Shown: positions 1 through 10,046, counted from the first letter of the stretch. The stretch: 64,000 nt of DNA from Solirubrobacterales bacterium (GCA_049274915.1 JBASTN010000046.1:6519-70518), one strand, 5' to 3'. The notes: generated by a model from the letters alone, not told the origin. Numbers and translations are program-made.

Positions 1-477
1 TCCGGTCAACAGGAGCGACGACGCGTTCTTGAATACTCCCGGCGAAACCGAGAGACCGCCCAGATCCGCTGGAGCAGAGGCTGCCGGGATGCGTCCAGCA
101 GCGTCGTTGTACGCCGTCGTGAGATCCGCTTGCGCCTGTCCGGCGACGGCGTCGGTCGCATGCAGAGCGCCGTTTAGAACTCCCGGCGGAAAACCGGTAA
201 CCGATGTCCCGGGAAACAGCCCGAGATTGCCGTTGATCACCGACGGTCCGGTGTTGGAGACGGTCGAGCCAGCCAGAATGGCAAAGGCATTGACGGTGCC
301 CAATCCGACGGGCGGCTGCGCCGAACGTGCGTCGTTTGCGACGAATGCAAACGCCACCGTCCAGGCAATCGCCGCCAAACCGACGGCAACAGACCAGATT
401 GAAACGCGTCTCGACGCCGTTTGATGAGCTTCTCGAGTAGGCGTGTCCGCGCCGTGTCGAGCGTGTACAGAAAACAT
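1..477 (-). CDS. Secreted DUF3494 / ice-binding-like family protein, N-terminal 159 codons (3' end beyond window start)
   Basis: Absent from the ORF track because it runs off the edge. Minus-strand ATG at 477-475 has GGAGG 6 nt upstream. My translation is MFSVHARHGADTPTREAHQTASRRVSIWSVAVGLAAIAWTVAFAFVANDARSAQPPVGLGTVNAFAILAGSTVSNTGPSVINGNLGLFPGTSVTGFPPGVLNGALHATDAVAGQAQADLTTAYNDAAGR... It shows a signal/TM segment, then the FAILAGSTVSNTGPS / PGTSVTGFPPG / QAQADLTTAY pattern I associate with DUF3494. The frame is open to position 1. Confidence 0.6.
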   Translation of the reverse strand, partial: MFSVHARHGADTPTREAHQTASRRVSIWSVAVGLAAIAWTVAFAFVANDARSAQPPVGLGTVNAFAILAGSTVSNTGPSVINGNLGLFPGTSVTGFPPGVLNGALHATDAVAGQAQADLTTAYNDAAGRIPAASAPADLGGLSVSPGVFKNASSLLLTG

Positions 478-869
478 GCGGAACCTCCGTGTAGTGCCTC
501 CCGACGATCACGGAGATGTCGGGGACGTGAAATGCGTCTGGGAGGAAGCGGTCCGAGGGGACGCCGGAGATCGTTAGTCGCGCGGTGCCGGCAGGCTGAT
601 TCGCCTAGACGATGTCAAGTGGGAGCTTGACTGTTCCTACAGGCTACTCCGATTGAGGTAGTGCGGCGCTGCGGTTAGACGGTCGGGCGTTCGCCACCAC
701 CCGATCCCCACATCCTCAGGGGGCCTAAACGGCGCGCGTTCAAACCATGAGGCACTGGATGCAAGCAGTTCGCCACGCGCAGCCCGACGGTCGAGAGGGA
801 GCGACCCTCCGGTCGTGACCGATCGACCCGAGGGCGAGCATGGCGAAATGCGCCGCAGCCAGAGACTCA

Positions 870-941
870 TGGACGCGGCTGGGTTCGAACCAGCGACCCC
901 TCGCGTGTGAGGCGAGTGCTCTCCCGCTGAGCTACGCGTCC
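870..941 (-). tRNA. tRNA-Val (anticodon CAC)
   Basis: Reverse complement GGACGCGTAGCTCAGCGGGAGAGCACTCGCCTCACACGCGAGGGGTCGCTGGTTCGAACCCAGCCGCGTCCA folds as a cloverleaf. Acceptor is GGACGCG/CGCGTCC, D stem GCTC/GAGC, anticodon stem CTCGC/GCGAG with loop CTCACAC, and T arm GCTGG-TTCGAAC-CCAGC. CCA is not encoded. Confidence 0.95.
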
Positions 942-1082
942 AAATTCAGCAACCTAAGCCGCCGATGCGACGATTCTAGATGGCCTGGTTCGACTTCGCA
1001 GGTCCGGCACGAGTACCATCGCCGTCAGCCGTCCAGACGCCGCGATCAAGCCGGCGGAGCGACATGCGGGCGTCGGCGTTGA

Positions 1083-1180
1083 TCGCCGGGTCCCACGCGG
1101 CGAACACTTGTGAACCAGGTCAGGTCCGGAAGGAAGCAGCCTTAAGCGATGTCGTTCGGGCGCCGTGGGTTCTCCTGGCG
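1083..1180 (+). ncRNA. ffs: Signal recognition particle RNA (small bacterial 4.5S type); ends approximate
   Basis: Contains the conserved SRP domain IV sequence AACCAGGTCAGGTCCGGAAGGAAGCAGCC with a GGAA tetraloop at 1128-1131. The flanks pair as a long hairpin (CGCCGGG/CCTGGCG, CCCACG/CGTGGG). It lies in the intergenic gap between tRNA-Val and the 1228-2694 gene. ffs near dnaX is common synteny. Confidence 0.8.
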
Positions 1181-1227
1181 TGAGTCGGTGCCCGCTTGTG
1201 GCTCCGTCGGCGACGCGTCTGTCGTGG

Positions 1228-2694
1228 CTAATTGCGCTGAAGGCCTGACAGGTCACGACCAGCGGCGACGGCGGTGCTGCACTCGGGAGAAGCGAACAGC
1301 CGCCATGACTTGCTGACGAACACCGTCTTGAACCCTGGCGGCGGCGAGAGATCAGGGACCTCGTTGTAATACTTCTGCGCGACCGTTCGGTCACGTGGCT
1401 GCAGCATCATCTCGCCGAGTGGATGGTCCGGGTCGCGTCGGGTCTGTACCGACCCGGGCGCGCCGTCGAGCTCGTAACGCAGGTACGGCGTCGGCCGGTG
1501 GTTGTTCGTCGAGATCCGGCCGCAGTGGTTGTAGAAGGCGATGAACTTTGGATCGTCGGCGATCACCTCGAGGTCGCGCTGGATCGATCCGTAGTTCTCG
1601 ATCTTCTCGGCCTGCTCGTCGATCAGCCCGATGTGCCACGGGATGAAGACGACCGACAGCGCGAGCGAGAAGTACCCGATCGCACGCCAGCGGGTTCGGT
1701 CCTTCGATCTCTCTGGCAAGTTCTTCCAGCCGAACACACCGGCGGCATAGACGATCGCCAGCAGCACCGTCGGCGTCAGCACGTAACGAGCGATCAGCGG
1801 CAGCCCAACGATCGTCGACGCGATGAACAACACCGTCATCAAAGCGGCGACCCCCATCAGGATCGTCGCCTGTCGTCGCGCGAACAACAGCGTGAAAGCC
1901 GCGCCGATCGGAACACCGAGAATCAGCGGTTCGCGCAGCGTCCAACCCATGAACTTCGCGGTAAACCACGGTGCCTCGGCCGGGGTCCGCGGGCGGTCGA
2001 GCTGCGCGGCGAGGTCCTGTGTGCCGTGCAGCGAGTGCAAGAGGTCGCCGGTGATCGCCCAGTCGCTGATCGCCCACAAGACCGGCCCGGCAGCGGCCAG
2101 CGCCGCCAACCCGACGCGCGCACCCCACTCGCGCTTGGGCAACAGATAGAGCCAGTACAGGCCCGCTAGCGCCCAGCCCTCCGGTCGCAGCAGACCGGCG
2201 AAGGTCAACATCATCAGCACCGGCCATCCGCGCCGTGACTCGCGCACCTCCAACAGCAGTGCCCAGCAGACGAACAGCACGAAGGGAATGTCCTGGTAGG
2301 CGGCCTCGGCGTTCTTGGCGAAGGCAGGGCGGGTCAGCAATACGACCGCCGCCGTGATCCCGACCGGGGCGTTAAACAGCTCACTGCCGAGTCGGTACAC
2401 GATCCACAGAAGTCCGCCGAAGCAGAACATCACAAGCCACGCAAGGACATCCTCCGTGGCGCTGCCGAACGGCAGTGCGAGGAGGCTGAAGAAGGTCTGC
2501 AGCGGGTGCGGCGTCGGCGCTATGTAGCCGTTGTAGTCGGGCGTGAAACCGCTGGCGATGTCGTTCGCCCAAACCAGCGAATAGGCCGCGTCGTAGTTGA
2601 GGTAGGGCTGCCCGTAAACGAGCGCCATCAACAGCGGCGCCACCACGATCGCTAGGACCGGGGGCAGGATTGATCGAAGATCGGGCCGCCGCAT
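1228..2694 (-). CDS. Polytopic membrane protein, GT-C-type glycosyltransferase-like (ArnT/PMT-like)
   Basis: 488-aa ORF with many predicted TM helices. The N-terminal region has a DxD-less GT-C look (YLNYDAAYSLVWANDI...). The internal overlapping ORFs in the track are alternative-frame shadows. Confidence 0.55.
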   Translation of the reverse strand: MRRPDLRSILPPVLAIVVAPLLMALVYGQPYLNYDAAYSLVWANDIASGFTPDYNGYIAPTPHPLQTFFSLLALPFGSATEDVLAWLVMFCFGGLLWIVYRLGSELFNAPVGITAAVVLLTRPAFAKNAEAAYQDIPFVLFVCWALLLEVRESRRGWPVLMMLTFAGLLRPEGWALAGLYWLYLLPKREWGARVGLAALAAAGPVLWAISDWAITGDLLHSLHGTQDLAAQLDRPRTPAEAPWFTAKFMGWTLREPLILGVPIGAAFTLLFARRQATILMGVAALMTVLFIASTIVGLPLIARYVLTPTVLLAIVYAAGVFGWKNLPERSKDRTRWRAIGYFSLALSVVFIPWHIGLIDEQAEKIENYGSIQRDLEVIADDPKFIAFYNHCGRISTNNHRPTPYLRYELDGAPGSVQTRRDPDHPLGEMMLQPRDRTVAQKYYNEVPDLSPPPGFKTVFVSKSWRLFASPECSTAVAAGRDLSGLQRN

Positions 2695-2778
2695 TCAGTT
2701 GCGAGCGTAGTAACCGGCGGATACTGAATCCCGGCTGCACGGTGAGCGGCACGAACTGTGCCAATAACATCGGGGTGG

Positions 2779-4557
2779 ATGTCCGCCGCCGCCTCTCTCT
2801 ACAGACGCCACCGCCCGCGCACGTTTGACGACGTGATCGGCCAGGAGCACGTCGTGCGCACGCTGCGCAACGCCGTCGACGGCGACAACGTGCACCACGC
2901 CTACATGTTCGTCGGCTCACGCGGAACGGGCAAAACCAGCATGGCGAAAATCCTCGCAAGCGCGCTCAACTGCGCCGACGGACCGAAAAGCGTTTTCGCC
3001 GCCGATGATCCAGCGGTCGTTTCGATCGCAGCCGGCACCTCGATGGACGTCGTCGAGATGGACGCCGCTTCCAACAACGGTGTCGACGACATCCGCGATC
3101 TGATCGACAGCGTCTCGGTGATGCCGGTCGGCGGCGGCTGGAAGGTCTACATCCTCGACGAGGCGCACATGATCACGCCGCAGGGCTGGAACGCTTTTCT
3201 CAAGACGCTCGAGGAGCCGCCGCCACGCACTGTCTTCGTGCTGGCGACAACAGAGGCGAACAAGGTCCTGCCGACCGTCGCCGACCGTTGCCACCGCTTT
3301 GATTTCCGTCGCCCGACCGTCGAACAACTTGCGACCGCTGTACGCCGCGCCGCCGACGCCGAGGGAATCGAGATCGGTGACGATGCCGTCGCGATGATCG
3401 GCCGGGCCGCGACCGGCTCGTTCCGTGACGCGCTTGGCACGCTTGAGCAACTCGTTACCTATGGCGGCAAAAAGGTCGACAGCGACGACGTCCAAGCGGT
3501 ACTCGGCGTCGCCGACTTTGAGCTACTGCTGCGGACGGCCGACGCGCTAGTCGCCGGCGACCGGCGCGCAGTCCTCAAAGCTGTCGCCGAGCTCGCCGAC
3601 AGCGGCCGCGACATGGTCGCCTTCGCACGTGACTTCGCTGGACACATACGCAACCTCTTGGTCACGCGAACGCTCGACGAAGCACCGACCGCGCTGGGCC
3701 TGACCGCAGAACAATCGGCACGCTTGGTCGAACAGGCCGCTGGCTTCGGCCCCGAGCGAAGCACGCACACACTGGATCTACTTTCGCTGATGATCACCGC
3801 CGCGCGCGGTGGCGCCGATCCACGACTGCAGCTTGAACTGGCACTGTTCAAAGCCGCCCGACCGGAGGACGACACCGCGCCCGACGCGCTGCTGGCGAGG
3901 ATCGAAGCGTTGGAACAGCGTCCTAGCCAGCCGCTGAGCTCGGCACCCGCGCCGTCACCGACAGCGCCAGCCCCGAGCATTTCGGTCGAAGACGAAGCAG
4001 CCGCGCTCGCCGATCAACCCGAGTCGGTCACCGTCACTGCAGTCGCAACCGCCGAACCCGAGAATCCCGACGGACCAGAGAGCGCCGACGAACCGCCGCC
4101 TCCCCCCGTCGAAGATCTCGACAACGTTACTGATCTCTCGCCGTCAGCCGAGATCGGCGACGAACCAGCCGGTATTCACCCGCCGTCGCTCGAAACCGTG
4201 GTCGCCGCGTGGCCCGAGGTGGTCGCCGCAGTCCAAGAAGCGAGCCCGCGCATCGGTGTCGTCGTCGACACCGCCCGTCCACATGCGGTCGACGGCCGCA
4301 AGTTGATTCTCGCCTTTCCGCAGTCGTCCGGATTTCTGCGCAAAACCGCTGACCAAGCGGCGAGCAAGACGACGATCGCTGGGCACGTCGCCGACGCGGT
4401 CGGCTTTAGCTTCCTGATCGCCAACGAACAAATTCCCGACAGCGAGTTCAATGACGGGATCGAGCCTGCCCCCGCGAACGTCGGCATCGACGGCGAAGCG
4501 CTGGTCGAGCAACTGAAGAAAGAATTCGACGCAACCGAGATGGCCGAGTCCGACTGA
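2779..4557 (+). CDS. dnaX: DNA polymerase III subunit gamma/tau
   Basis: LYRRHRPRTFDDVIGQEHVV, Walker A GSRGTGKTS and the VYILDEAHM box are present, with a proline/acidic-rich tau-like C-terminus. The track ORF starts at GTG 2758; the ATG at 2779 (MSAAASLYRR) fits the family N-terminus better. Confidence 0.93.
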   Translation: MSAAASLYRRHRPRTFDDVIGQEHVVRTLRNAVDGDNVHHAYMFVGSRGTGKTSMAKILASALNCADGPKSVFAADDPAVVSIAAGTSMDVVEMDAASNNGVDDIRDLIDSVSVMPVGGGWKVYILDEAHMITPQGWNAFLKTLEEPPPRTVFVLATTEANKVLPTVADRCHRFDFRRPTVEQLATAVRRAADAEGIEIGDDAVAMIGRAATGSFRDALGTLEQLVTYGGKKVDSDDVQAVLGVADFELLLRTADALVAGDRRAVLKAVAELADSGRDMVAFARDFAGHIRNLLVTRTLDEAPTALGLTAEQSARLVEQAAGFGPERSTHTLDLLSLMITAARGGADPRLQLELALFKAARPEDDTAPDALLARIEALEQRPSQPLSSAPAPSPTAPAPSISVEDEAAALADQPESVTVTAVATAEPENPDGPESADEPPPPPVEDLDNVTDLSPSAEIGDEPAGIHPPSLETVVAAWPEVVAAVQEASPRIGVVVDTARPHAVDGRKLILAFPQSSGFLRKTADQAASKTTIAGHVADAVGFSFLIANEQIPDSEFNDGIEPAPANVGIDGEALVEQLKKEFDATEMAESD

Positions 4558-4585
4558 CCACCTATCGACTTATGAAAGGGAACTG

Positions 4586-4903
4586 ATGGCACAACAGCCG
4601 AACCTCAACAAGATGATGCAGCAGTTGCAAAAGGCCCAGGCCGAGATGATGGCCGAGCAGGACAAGCTGAAGGACGAGGTCGTCGAGGCTTCTGCCGGAG
4701 GTGGCATGGTGCAGGTCAAGGTCAGCGGCGATCTTCAGCTACTCGAGGTCAAGATCGACCCCGCGGCGATCGACCCCGAGGACGCCGAAATCCTTCAGGA
4801 CATGGTCACCGCAGCAGTCAACGAAGGTCTGCGCGCGTCGCAGAAACTCGCGGAGCAGCGGCTCGGTGGAATCGCCGGCGGCCTCGGCCTGCCGGGAATG
4901 TAA
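4586..4903 (+). CDS. ybaB: Nucleoid-associated protein YbaB/EbfC
   Basis: 105 aa with MMQQLQKAQAEMMAEQDKLKDEVVEASAGGGMVQVKVSGD, typical of the family. It sits in the conserved dnaX-ybaB-recR order. Confidence 0.9.
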   Translation: MAQQPNLNKMMQQLQKAQAEMMAEQDKLKDEVVEASAGGGMVQVKVSGDLQLLEVKIDPAAIDPEDAEILQDMVTAAVNEGLRASQKLAEQRLGGIAGGLGLPGM

Positions 4904-4953
4904 ACCGGGTTTAACCGGTCGCGCCGACCTCGTCCGGCCCTAAGGTCTAGACG

Positions 4954-5556
4954 ATGTTTTCACCACCCGTAGAGCGGCTGATCACCGAGCTGTCAAAGCT
5001 TCCGGGCATCGGTCGGCGCACCGCACAGCGGCTCGCCTTCCACATTCTTCGCGTCCCCGAGGACGAGGGTCTGGCGCTGGCCGAGGCGATCCGCGAGGTC
5101 AAGGAGAAAATCGGCTTCTGCGAGGTCTGCTTCAACCTCACCGACCAGCCCGTCTGTCGGATCTGCACCGATGAACGGCGCGAGAAGGCTCTGATCTGCG
5201 TGGTCGAAGAGCCGAGCGACATCATCCCGATCGAACGCACCAACGAGTATCACGGCCAGTACCACGTGCTCGGCGGCGCGCTCTCGCCGATCGATGGCGT
5301 CGAGCCCGAGGACCTAAAGATCGCTGAGTTGATTCGCCGCGCCGAAGATCCGACCGTCACCGAGATCGTGCTCGCGACGAACCCGACCACGACAGGCGAG
5401 GCGACCGCGCTCTACATCGGCGACGCAATCGCCCGCAAGCGCCCCGAGCTGACAATCACCCGACCCGCCAGCGGACTGCCCGTCGGAGCCGACCTGGAAT
5501 ACACCGACGAGGTCACGCTCGGTCGCGCCTTCACCGGCCGCCGCGCGTTCTCCTGA
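4954..5556 (+). CDS. recR: Recombination protein RecR
   Basis: 200 aa. It has an HhH N-terminus (LITELSKLPGIGRRTAQRLAFHIL), a C4 zinc finger (CEVCFNLTDQPVCRIC) and a Toprim region. Confidence 0.95.
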   Translation: MFSPPVERLITELSKLPGIGRRTAQRLAFHILRVPEDEGLALAEAIREVKEKIGFCEVCFNLTDQPVCRICTDERREKALICVVEEPSDIIPIERTNEYHGQYHVLGGALSPIDGVEPEDLKIAELIRRAEDPTVTEIVLATNPTTTGEATALYIGDAIARKRPELTITRPASGLPVGADLEYTDEVTLGRAFTGRRAFS

Positions 5557-5561
5557 CGCCG

Positions 5562-6884
5562 ATGCCTCGCGAGCTCTCGGCCACCGACGCGGCCGCACTG
5601 TTCAACCCGAAGGACTCGATGGGATTCGGTCTCGGCGCCAGCCAGCCACCCGAACTGCTGACCGCGCTGGGCGCACGTGACGACTGGACCGATCTGACAA
5701 TCAGCGGTGCGCTGCTGACGGTCTTTAGTGAACTGTTCAAACATCCCGGCGTGCTCTTCAAATCGGGATTCCTCGGACCGGTCGAGCGATTCCTGCGCGA
5801 CGAAGGCGCGAGGATCGAGTTCATCCCCGCCGATTTCCGCCGCTTCGCCCCACTGCTGGCGGCCGAAGCACCGCGCGTGATGTCGGTCGTCACCGCCCCA
5901 CCCGACGAGAATGGCTGGTGCAGCCTGTCGCTGCACGCCGGCGGGACCGTTGGTGAGCTGCATGCGGCCGGCGCCGATCCCGACCGTCTGCTGATCGTCG
6001 AGACCTCAGAGCGCTACCCGCGCACCTACGGCCTCGAGCCCGGGTATCCCCATGCCCTGCACCTCGACCAGATCGACGTTCTGATCGCCGGGGCGGGCGA
6101 ACCGATCCCGCTCCCAGTCGAATCGCCCAGCGAGACCGATCGGGCGATCGCGGGTCACGCCGACGACTACATCCCCGACGGCGCGACGCTGCAGACCGGC
6201 ATCGGATCTGTCCCACTCGCGATCGCCGAGCATCTCGCCAATGGACCAGGCGGTGACTACGGCATCCACTCAGAGATGTTCACCGACGGCATCATGCAGT
6301 TGCATAAGGCTGGCAAGGTAAGTAACAACAAGGGCTTCCACGATGGCGTCTCGATCGCGACCTTCGCGCTCGGATCGCGCGACCTCTACGACTGGCTACA
6401 CGAGAACCGTGAGATTGCGTTCCTTCCGGTCGAGTACGTCAACGACCCGCACGTGATGGCACGCAACCGCAATCTCGTGACGATCAACGGTGCTCTGGCG
6501 GTCGATATTCACGGGCAAGTTGTCGCCGACACGCGCGACGGTCGGCAGTTCAGCGGTATCGGCGGTGCGGAGGATTTTGTCTCGGGACCGGCCTACGCGC
6601 CTGAAGGACACTCGCTGCTGTGCATGCACGCAACCGCGACTGTCAACGGCGAACTAGTTTCGCGAATCGTGCCGCAACATCCGCCAGGCGCAGTGATCAC
6701 GACCCCGCGCCATCAGATCGACATTGTCGTGACCGAGTTCGGTGCCGTCGAACTCGAGGGACTGAGCGTGCGTGAGCGCGGGCAGGCCCTGGCGACGATC
6801 GCGCATCCGGACTTCCGCGACGCGATCAGCGGGGCGGCTGACGCCTACGGCTCTGACGGGAGCACCGCCCCCCAAATAGGGTGA
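5562..6884 (+). CDS. Acetyl-CoA hydrolase/transferase family protein (4-hydroxybutyrate CoA-transferase-like)
   Basis: 440 aa with LQTGIGSVPLAIAEHL, GIHSEMFTDG and INGALAVDIHGQVVADT...SGIGGAEDF motifs typical of this family. Confidence 0.8.
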   Translation: MPRELSATDAAALFNPKDSMGFGLGASQPPELLTALGARDDWTDLTISGALLTVFSELFKHPGVLFKSGFLGPVERFLRDEGARIEFIPADFRRFAPLLAAEAPRVMSVVTAPPDENGWCSLSLHAGGTVGELHAAGADPDRLLIVETSERYPRTYGLEPGYPHALHLDQIDVLIAGAGEPIPLPVESPSETDRAIAGHADDYIPDGATLQTGIGSVPLAIAEHLANGPGGDYGIHSEMFTDGIMQLHKAGKVSNNKGFHDGVSIATFALGSRDLYDWLHENREIAFLPVEYVNDPHVMARNRNLVTINGALAVDIHGQVVADTRDGRQFSGIGGAEDFVSGPAYAPEGHSLLCMHATATVNGELVSRIVPQHPPGAVITTPRHQIDIVVTEFGAVELEGLSVRERGQALATIAHPDFRDAISGAADAYGSDGSTAPQIG

Positions 6885-7051
6885 CCCGCCGCGACCATCG
6901 TCGGCAGCGGCGAGAAACTCGGCGAGGTCTACAAGCTCAGCGACGGTCGCACGGTGATCGTGCGGCCCGACGGCGCGACAAGTTCCACCGGTCGCAGACC
7001 TTACTGGCAGCCGGGTGCCCGTAACCGGACACCCAAGTAGTCTCCCGCACC

Positions 7052-8311
7052 ATGGACGAAACAGTCGTCATGAAGTTCGGGGGGACGTCGGTCGCCGACG
7101 GCGAGCGGATCAAGAATGCCGCGCGCCGAATCGTCGCCGAGCACCAGAAGGGCAACCGCGTGGTCGCCGTGCTTTCGGCACAGGGCAAGACGACCGACGA
7201 ACTCGTACGCCAAGCGCAGGAGATCAGCGACCGGCCCGAGCCACGCGAGATGGACATGCTGCTTTCAACCGGCGAGCGGATCAGCTGCGCGCTCGCCGCG
7301 ATGGCGATCCACGACATGGGCCAGCAGGCGATCAGCCTGACCGGATCGCAGGCCGGCATTCTGACCGACGAGTCCCACACAAAGGCCCGCATCATCGATG
7401 TACGCGCCGACCGCATCAGTGACGCACTTGACGACGGCAAGATCGTGCTGGTCGCCGGCTTTCAAGGCGTATCTACCTCTTCCCGAGATGTCACCACGCT
7501 CGGTCGCGGAGGCAGCGACACCACCGCCGTCGCCGTCGCAGCAGCGCTGCACGCCGACGTTTGTGAGATTTACACAGATGTCGACGGCGTCTATAACGCC
7601 GACCCGCGCATCGTGCCCACCGCCAAGAAGCTGCCGGTCGTCTCCTTCGAGGAGATGCTCGAGATGTCCGCCAGTGGCGCAGGCGTGTTGCAGTTGCGCT
7701 CGATCGAATACGCCCGTAATCATGGAATCCGCATCCACTGCCGATCCAGTTTTCACGACGGCACAGGTACGCTTGTCGTCAGCGAAGAAGAGACCATGGA
7801 ACGCCCACTTGTGACAGCCGTGACGCACGCAACCGACGAAGCTCGGGTGACCGTGCGTGGCGTTCCCGACCGCCCCGGCGTGGCCGGCGATCTGTTCACC
7901 CGCCTGGCCGACTCGAACATCAACGTCGACATGATCCTCCAGAACGAGCCCGAGGGCGGCGACAAGCCGGCCGAGATGTCGTTCACCGTGCCGAAAGACG
8001 ACCTGCTGGCAGCCCTCGACACGCTCGAGGCGATGGGCGAGTTCCAGACGATCGACAAGAACGAAGAGATTGGCAAGGTCAGCGTGATCGGCGCGGGCAT
8101 GCGTTCGCACCCGGGCGTCGCCGCAAAGGTCTTCACCGTGCTCGGCGAACAAGGGATCAACATCGAAATGATTTCCACCTCGCCAATCAAGATTTCATGC
8201 ATCATCGCCGCCGACGCGGTACCGCAGGCAGTCAAGTCACTACACGACGCGTTTGACCTCGGTGTCGCCGTCGAGCAGGCAACCGGCGATCACCGGCCCG
8301 TGGCGCCATGA
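7052..8311 (+). CDS. ask: Aspartate kinase (with probable in-frame internal start for the ACT-domain beta subunit at 7796)
   Basis: [25 protein letters not shown] and two C-terminal ACT domains. An internal in-frame ATG at 7796 follows the purine-rich GAAGAAGAG. Confidence 0.95.
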   Translation: MDETVVMKFGGTSVADGERIKNAARRIVAEHQKGNRVVAVLSAQGKTTDELVRQAQEISDRPEPREMDMLLSTGERISCALAAMAIHDMGQQAISLTGSQAGILTDESHTKARIIDVRADRISDALDDGKIVLVAGFQGVSTSSRDVTTLGRGGSDTTAVAVAAALHADVCEIYTDVDGVYNADPRIVPTAKKLPVVSFEEMLEMSASGAGVLQLRSIEYARNHGIRIHCRSSFHDGTGTLVVSEEETMERPLVTAVTHATDEARVTVRGVPDRPGVAGDLFTRLADSNINVDMILQNEPEGGDKPAEMSFTVPKDDLLAALDTLEAMGEFQTIDKNEEIGKVSVIGAGMRSHPGVAAKVFTVLGEQGINIEMISTSPIKISCIIAADAVPQAVKSLHDAFDLGVAVEQATGDHRPVAP

Positions 8312-9345
8312 GTCTGCGCGTTGCAGTAGTCGGCGCGACCGGTGTGGTCGGCACCCAGATGCTCGTGACCCTCGCCGAGCGCAAATTTCCTGCGACCGAG
8401 GTCGTGGCATTCGCCTCTGAACGCTCAGCCGGCAAGAAGGTGGCGTTTGACGGTGGCGAACTGACGGTCGTCGGGCTCTCCGAAGACTCAATCCGTGACT
8501 TCGACATCGCAATCTTCAGCGCCGGTGCATCAACCAGCGCCGACTGGGCGCCTCGCTTCGGCGCGGCGGGCGCGATCGTCGTCGACAACTCGTCGTACTG
8601 GCGGATGAACGAAGACATCCCGCTCGTCGTGCCCGAGGTCAACGCCCACGCGCTCGACTGCGTCTCGGTCGCCGGCCACAGCCGGATCATCGCCAACCCA
8701 AACTGCTCGACAGCACAGATGGTCGTGGTACTCAAGCCGTTACTCGACGCCGCCGGCATCGAGCGACTCGTGATCTCCACATATCAGTCGGTAAGTGGCA
8801 CCGGTAAGGCCGCGATCGATGAGCTGCGTGCCGAGGCCGCCGCTGTCACCGCCGGTGAGGATCCCCCCGCGCCAAACAGCTATCCGCACCAGATCGCCTT
8901 CAACGTCTTGCCGCAGGCCGGGTCATTTAAGGACAACGACCTATACACAGACGAAGAGCGCAAGCTGATCAACGAATCGCGCAAGATCTTCGAACTGCCC
9001 GATCTGCGGGTCACGGCGACTTGCGCCCGCGTGCCCGTCTTCGTCGGACACTCCGAGGCGGTCAACATCGAGACATCGACATCGCTGTCCGCGCAGCGCG
9101 CCACCGAGCTGCTCGCTCACGCACCCGGCGTACGCGTCGTCGACGACCCGGCAAATGCGCTCTACCCCCAGGCGATCGACGCCGAAGGTGAAGACGACGT
9201 CCTCGTCGGTCGGATCCGTGAGGACGACTCGCGCGCCAACTGTCTCAACCTCTGGATCGTCGGCGACAACCTGCGCAAGGGCGCAGCGCTCAACGCAGTT
9301 CAGATCGCTGAAGCATTGGTCGTTCGCGGCCTCTGCGGCAGCTAA
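8308..9345 (+). CDS. asd: Aspartate-semialdehyde dehydrogenase
   Basis: [11 protein letters not shown] Rossmann motif and [14 protein letters not shown] active-site Cys motif. Its ATGA overlaps the ask stop. Confidence 0.95.
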   Translation: MSLRVAVVGATGVVGTQMLVTLAERKFPATEVVAFASERSAGKKVAFDGGELTVVGLSEDSIRDFDIAIFSAGASTSADWAPRFGAAGAIVVDNSSYWRMNEDIPLVVPEVNAHALDCVSVAGHSRIIANPNCSTAQMVVVLKPLLDAAGIERLVISTYQSVSGTGKAAIDELRAEAAAVTAGEDPPAPNSYPHQIAFNVLPQAGSFKDNDLYTDEERKLINESRKIFELPDLRVTATCARVPVFVGHSEAVNIETSTSLSAQRATELLAHAPGVRVVDDPANALYPQAIDAEGEDDVLVGRIREDDSRANCLNLWIVGDNLRKGAALNAVQIAEALVVRGLCGS

Positions 9346-9392
9346 CCCCTCGGCCCTACCGAGCGTGGGGTGGCCCCGGTTGGGGCGCCAAC

Positions 9393-9617
9393 CTAGCCCG
9401 CGTACGCCCGCCAGTATGCACGCCGCTGCGGGGTGAGGCGCTCGGTCTGACGAATCGCCGGCATCCGCACTCCGATGAAGGCATCCCCTTCGCCGTACTC
9501 GCCCGGTCCGGTCTTGAAGAATCGCTGCAGAAATACCGCGTCTTCTGCGTTACCCAGTTGATCGAGCTCGCGTATGAGGGCCTTCGCTCCCGCGGGGTTG
9601 CTCTTATGCTCCGCCAT
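9393..9617 (-). pseudogene. DNA alkylation repair (AlkD-like) protein, N-terminal remnant only
   Basis: The 74-aa ORF begins like AlkD-family proteins ([32 protein letters not shown]), then diverges and stops. Only 47 nt separate it from the asd stop, so there is no room for the rest of a ~220-aa protein. Confidence 0.5.
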
Positions 9618-9647
9618 CTTCGATCGCCGCCAAACGCGGCCTGCGAT

Positions 9648-10046
9648 CTACTCCGCGCGGTCGAGGTTCGCCGTCGCGCGACGCAGACGTTCACGCGCCG
9701 CACCAAGCCGGTCGGCGATGTCGTCAGCAGAGATCGCGCCGGCCCTCGCGTCGTAAGCGGTGATCTCGTCTGCAGGCATTGCATCGCGAACGCTCCGCGG
9801 GACACGATGGTCGGAAGCAACGGGGTCGGAAGCAACGGGGTCGGAAGCAACGGGATCAGCTGTGTCGCGCGTGTCGCGCACAACGATCTCGCCGGCCGCG
9901 GCTTGTGCCTCGGCGTCGCGCTGCTTCAGCGGCGACGGTGCGATCGAAGCGAAGTCAAAGCCCGGGTGGACTTTCTCGCCGTGCTCTGCGCGAGCTGCGC
10001 TGGCGGCGATTACCTCTTCAAGCGTGGGGCGTCCAAGTGGCGACAT
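9648..10046 (-). CDS. Hypothetical protein containing 3x DPVAS repeat
   Basis: I place the start at ATG 10046 (MSPLGRPTLEEV...). The longer track ORF would extend into group II intron domains V/VI. No family recognised. Confidence 0.4.
   Translation of the reverse strand: MSPLGRPTLEEVIAASAARAEHGEKVHPGFDFASIAPSPLKQRDAEAQAAAGEIVVRDTRDTADPVASDPVASDPVASDHRVPRSVRDAMPADEITAYDARAGAISADDIADRLGAARERLRRATANLDRAE
9811..9855. repeat. 15-bp tandem repeat x3 (TCGGAAGCAACGGGG), in frame, encodes DPVAS x3
   Basis: Direct reading of the sequence at 9811-9855. Confidence 0.9.

Noticed and set aside
29-424. 131-aa plus-strand ORF at the left edge (and the 421-630 / 637-870 ORFs next to it).
   Set aside because: The opposite strand encodes a much more convincing DUF3494-like protein with an RBS and signal peptide (1-477). 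The plus-strand product is Ala/Arg/Pro-rich shadow sequence. The 480-870 ORFs have no family features.
980-1394. Track ORFs 840-1082, 980-1183 and 954-1394 in the tRNA-Val / 1228 gene gap.
   Set aside because: This region is occupied by tRNA-Val and the SRP RNA hairpin. The ORFs are read-through of structured RNA genes.
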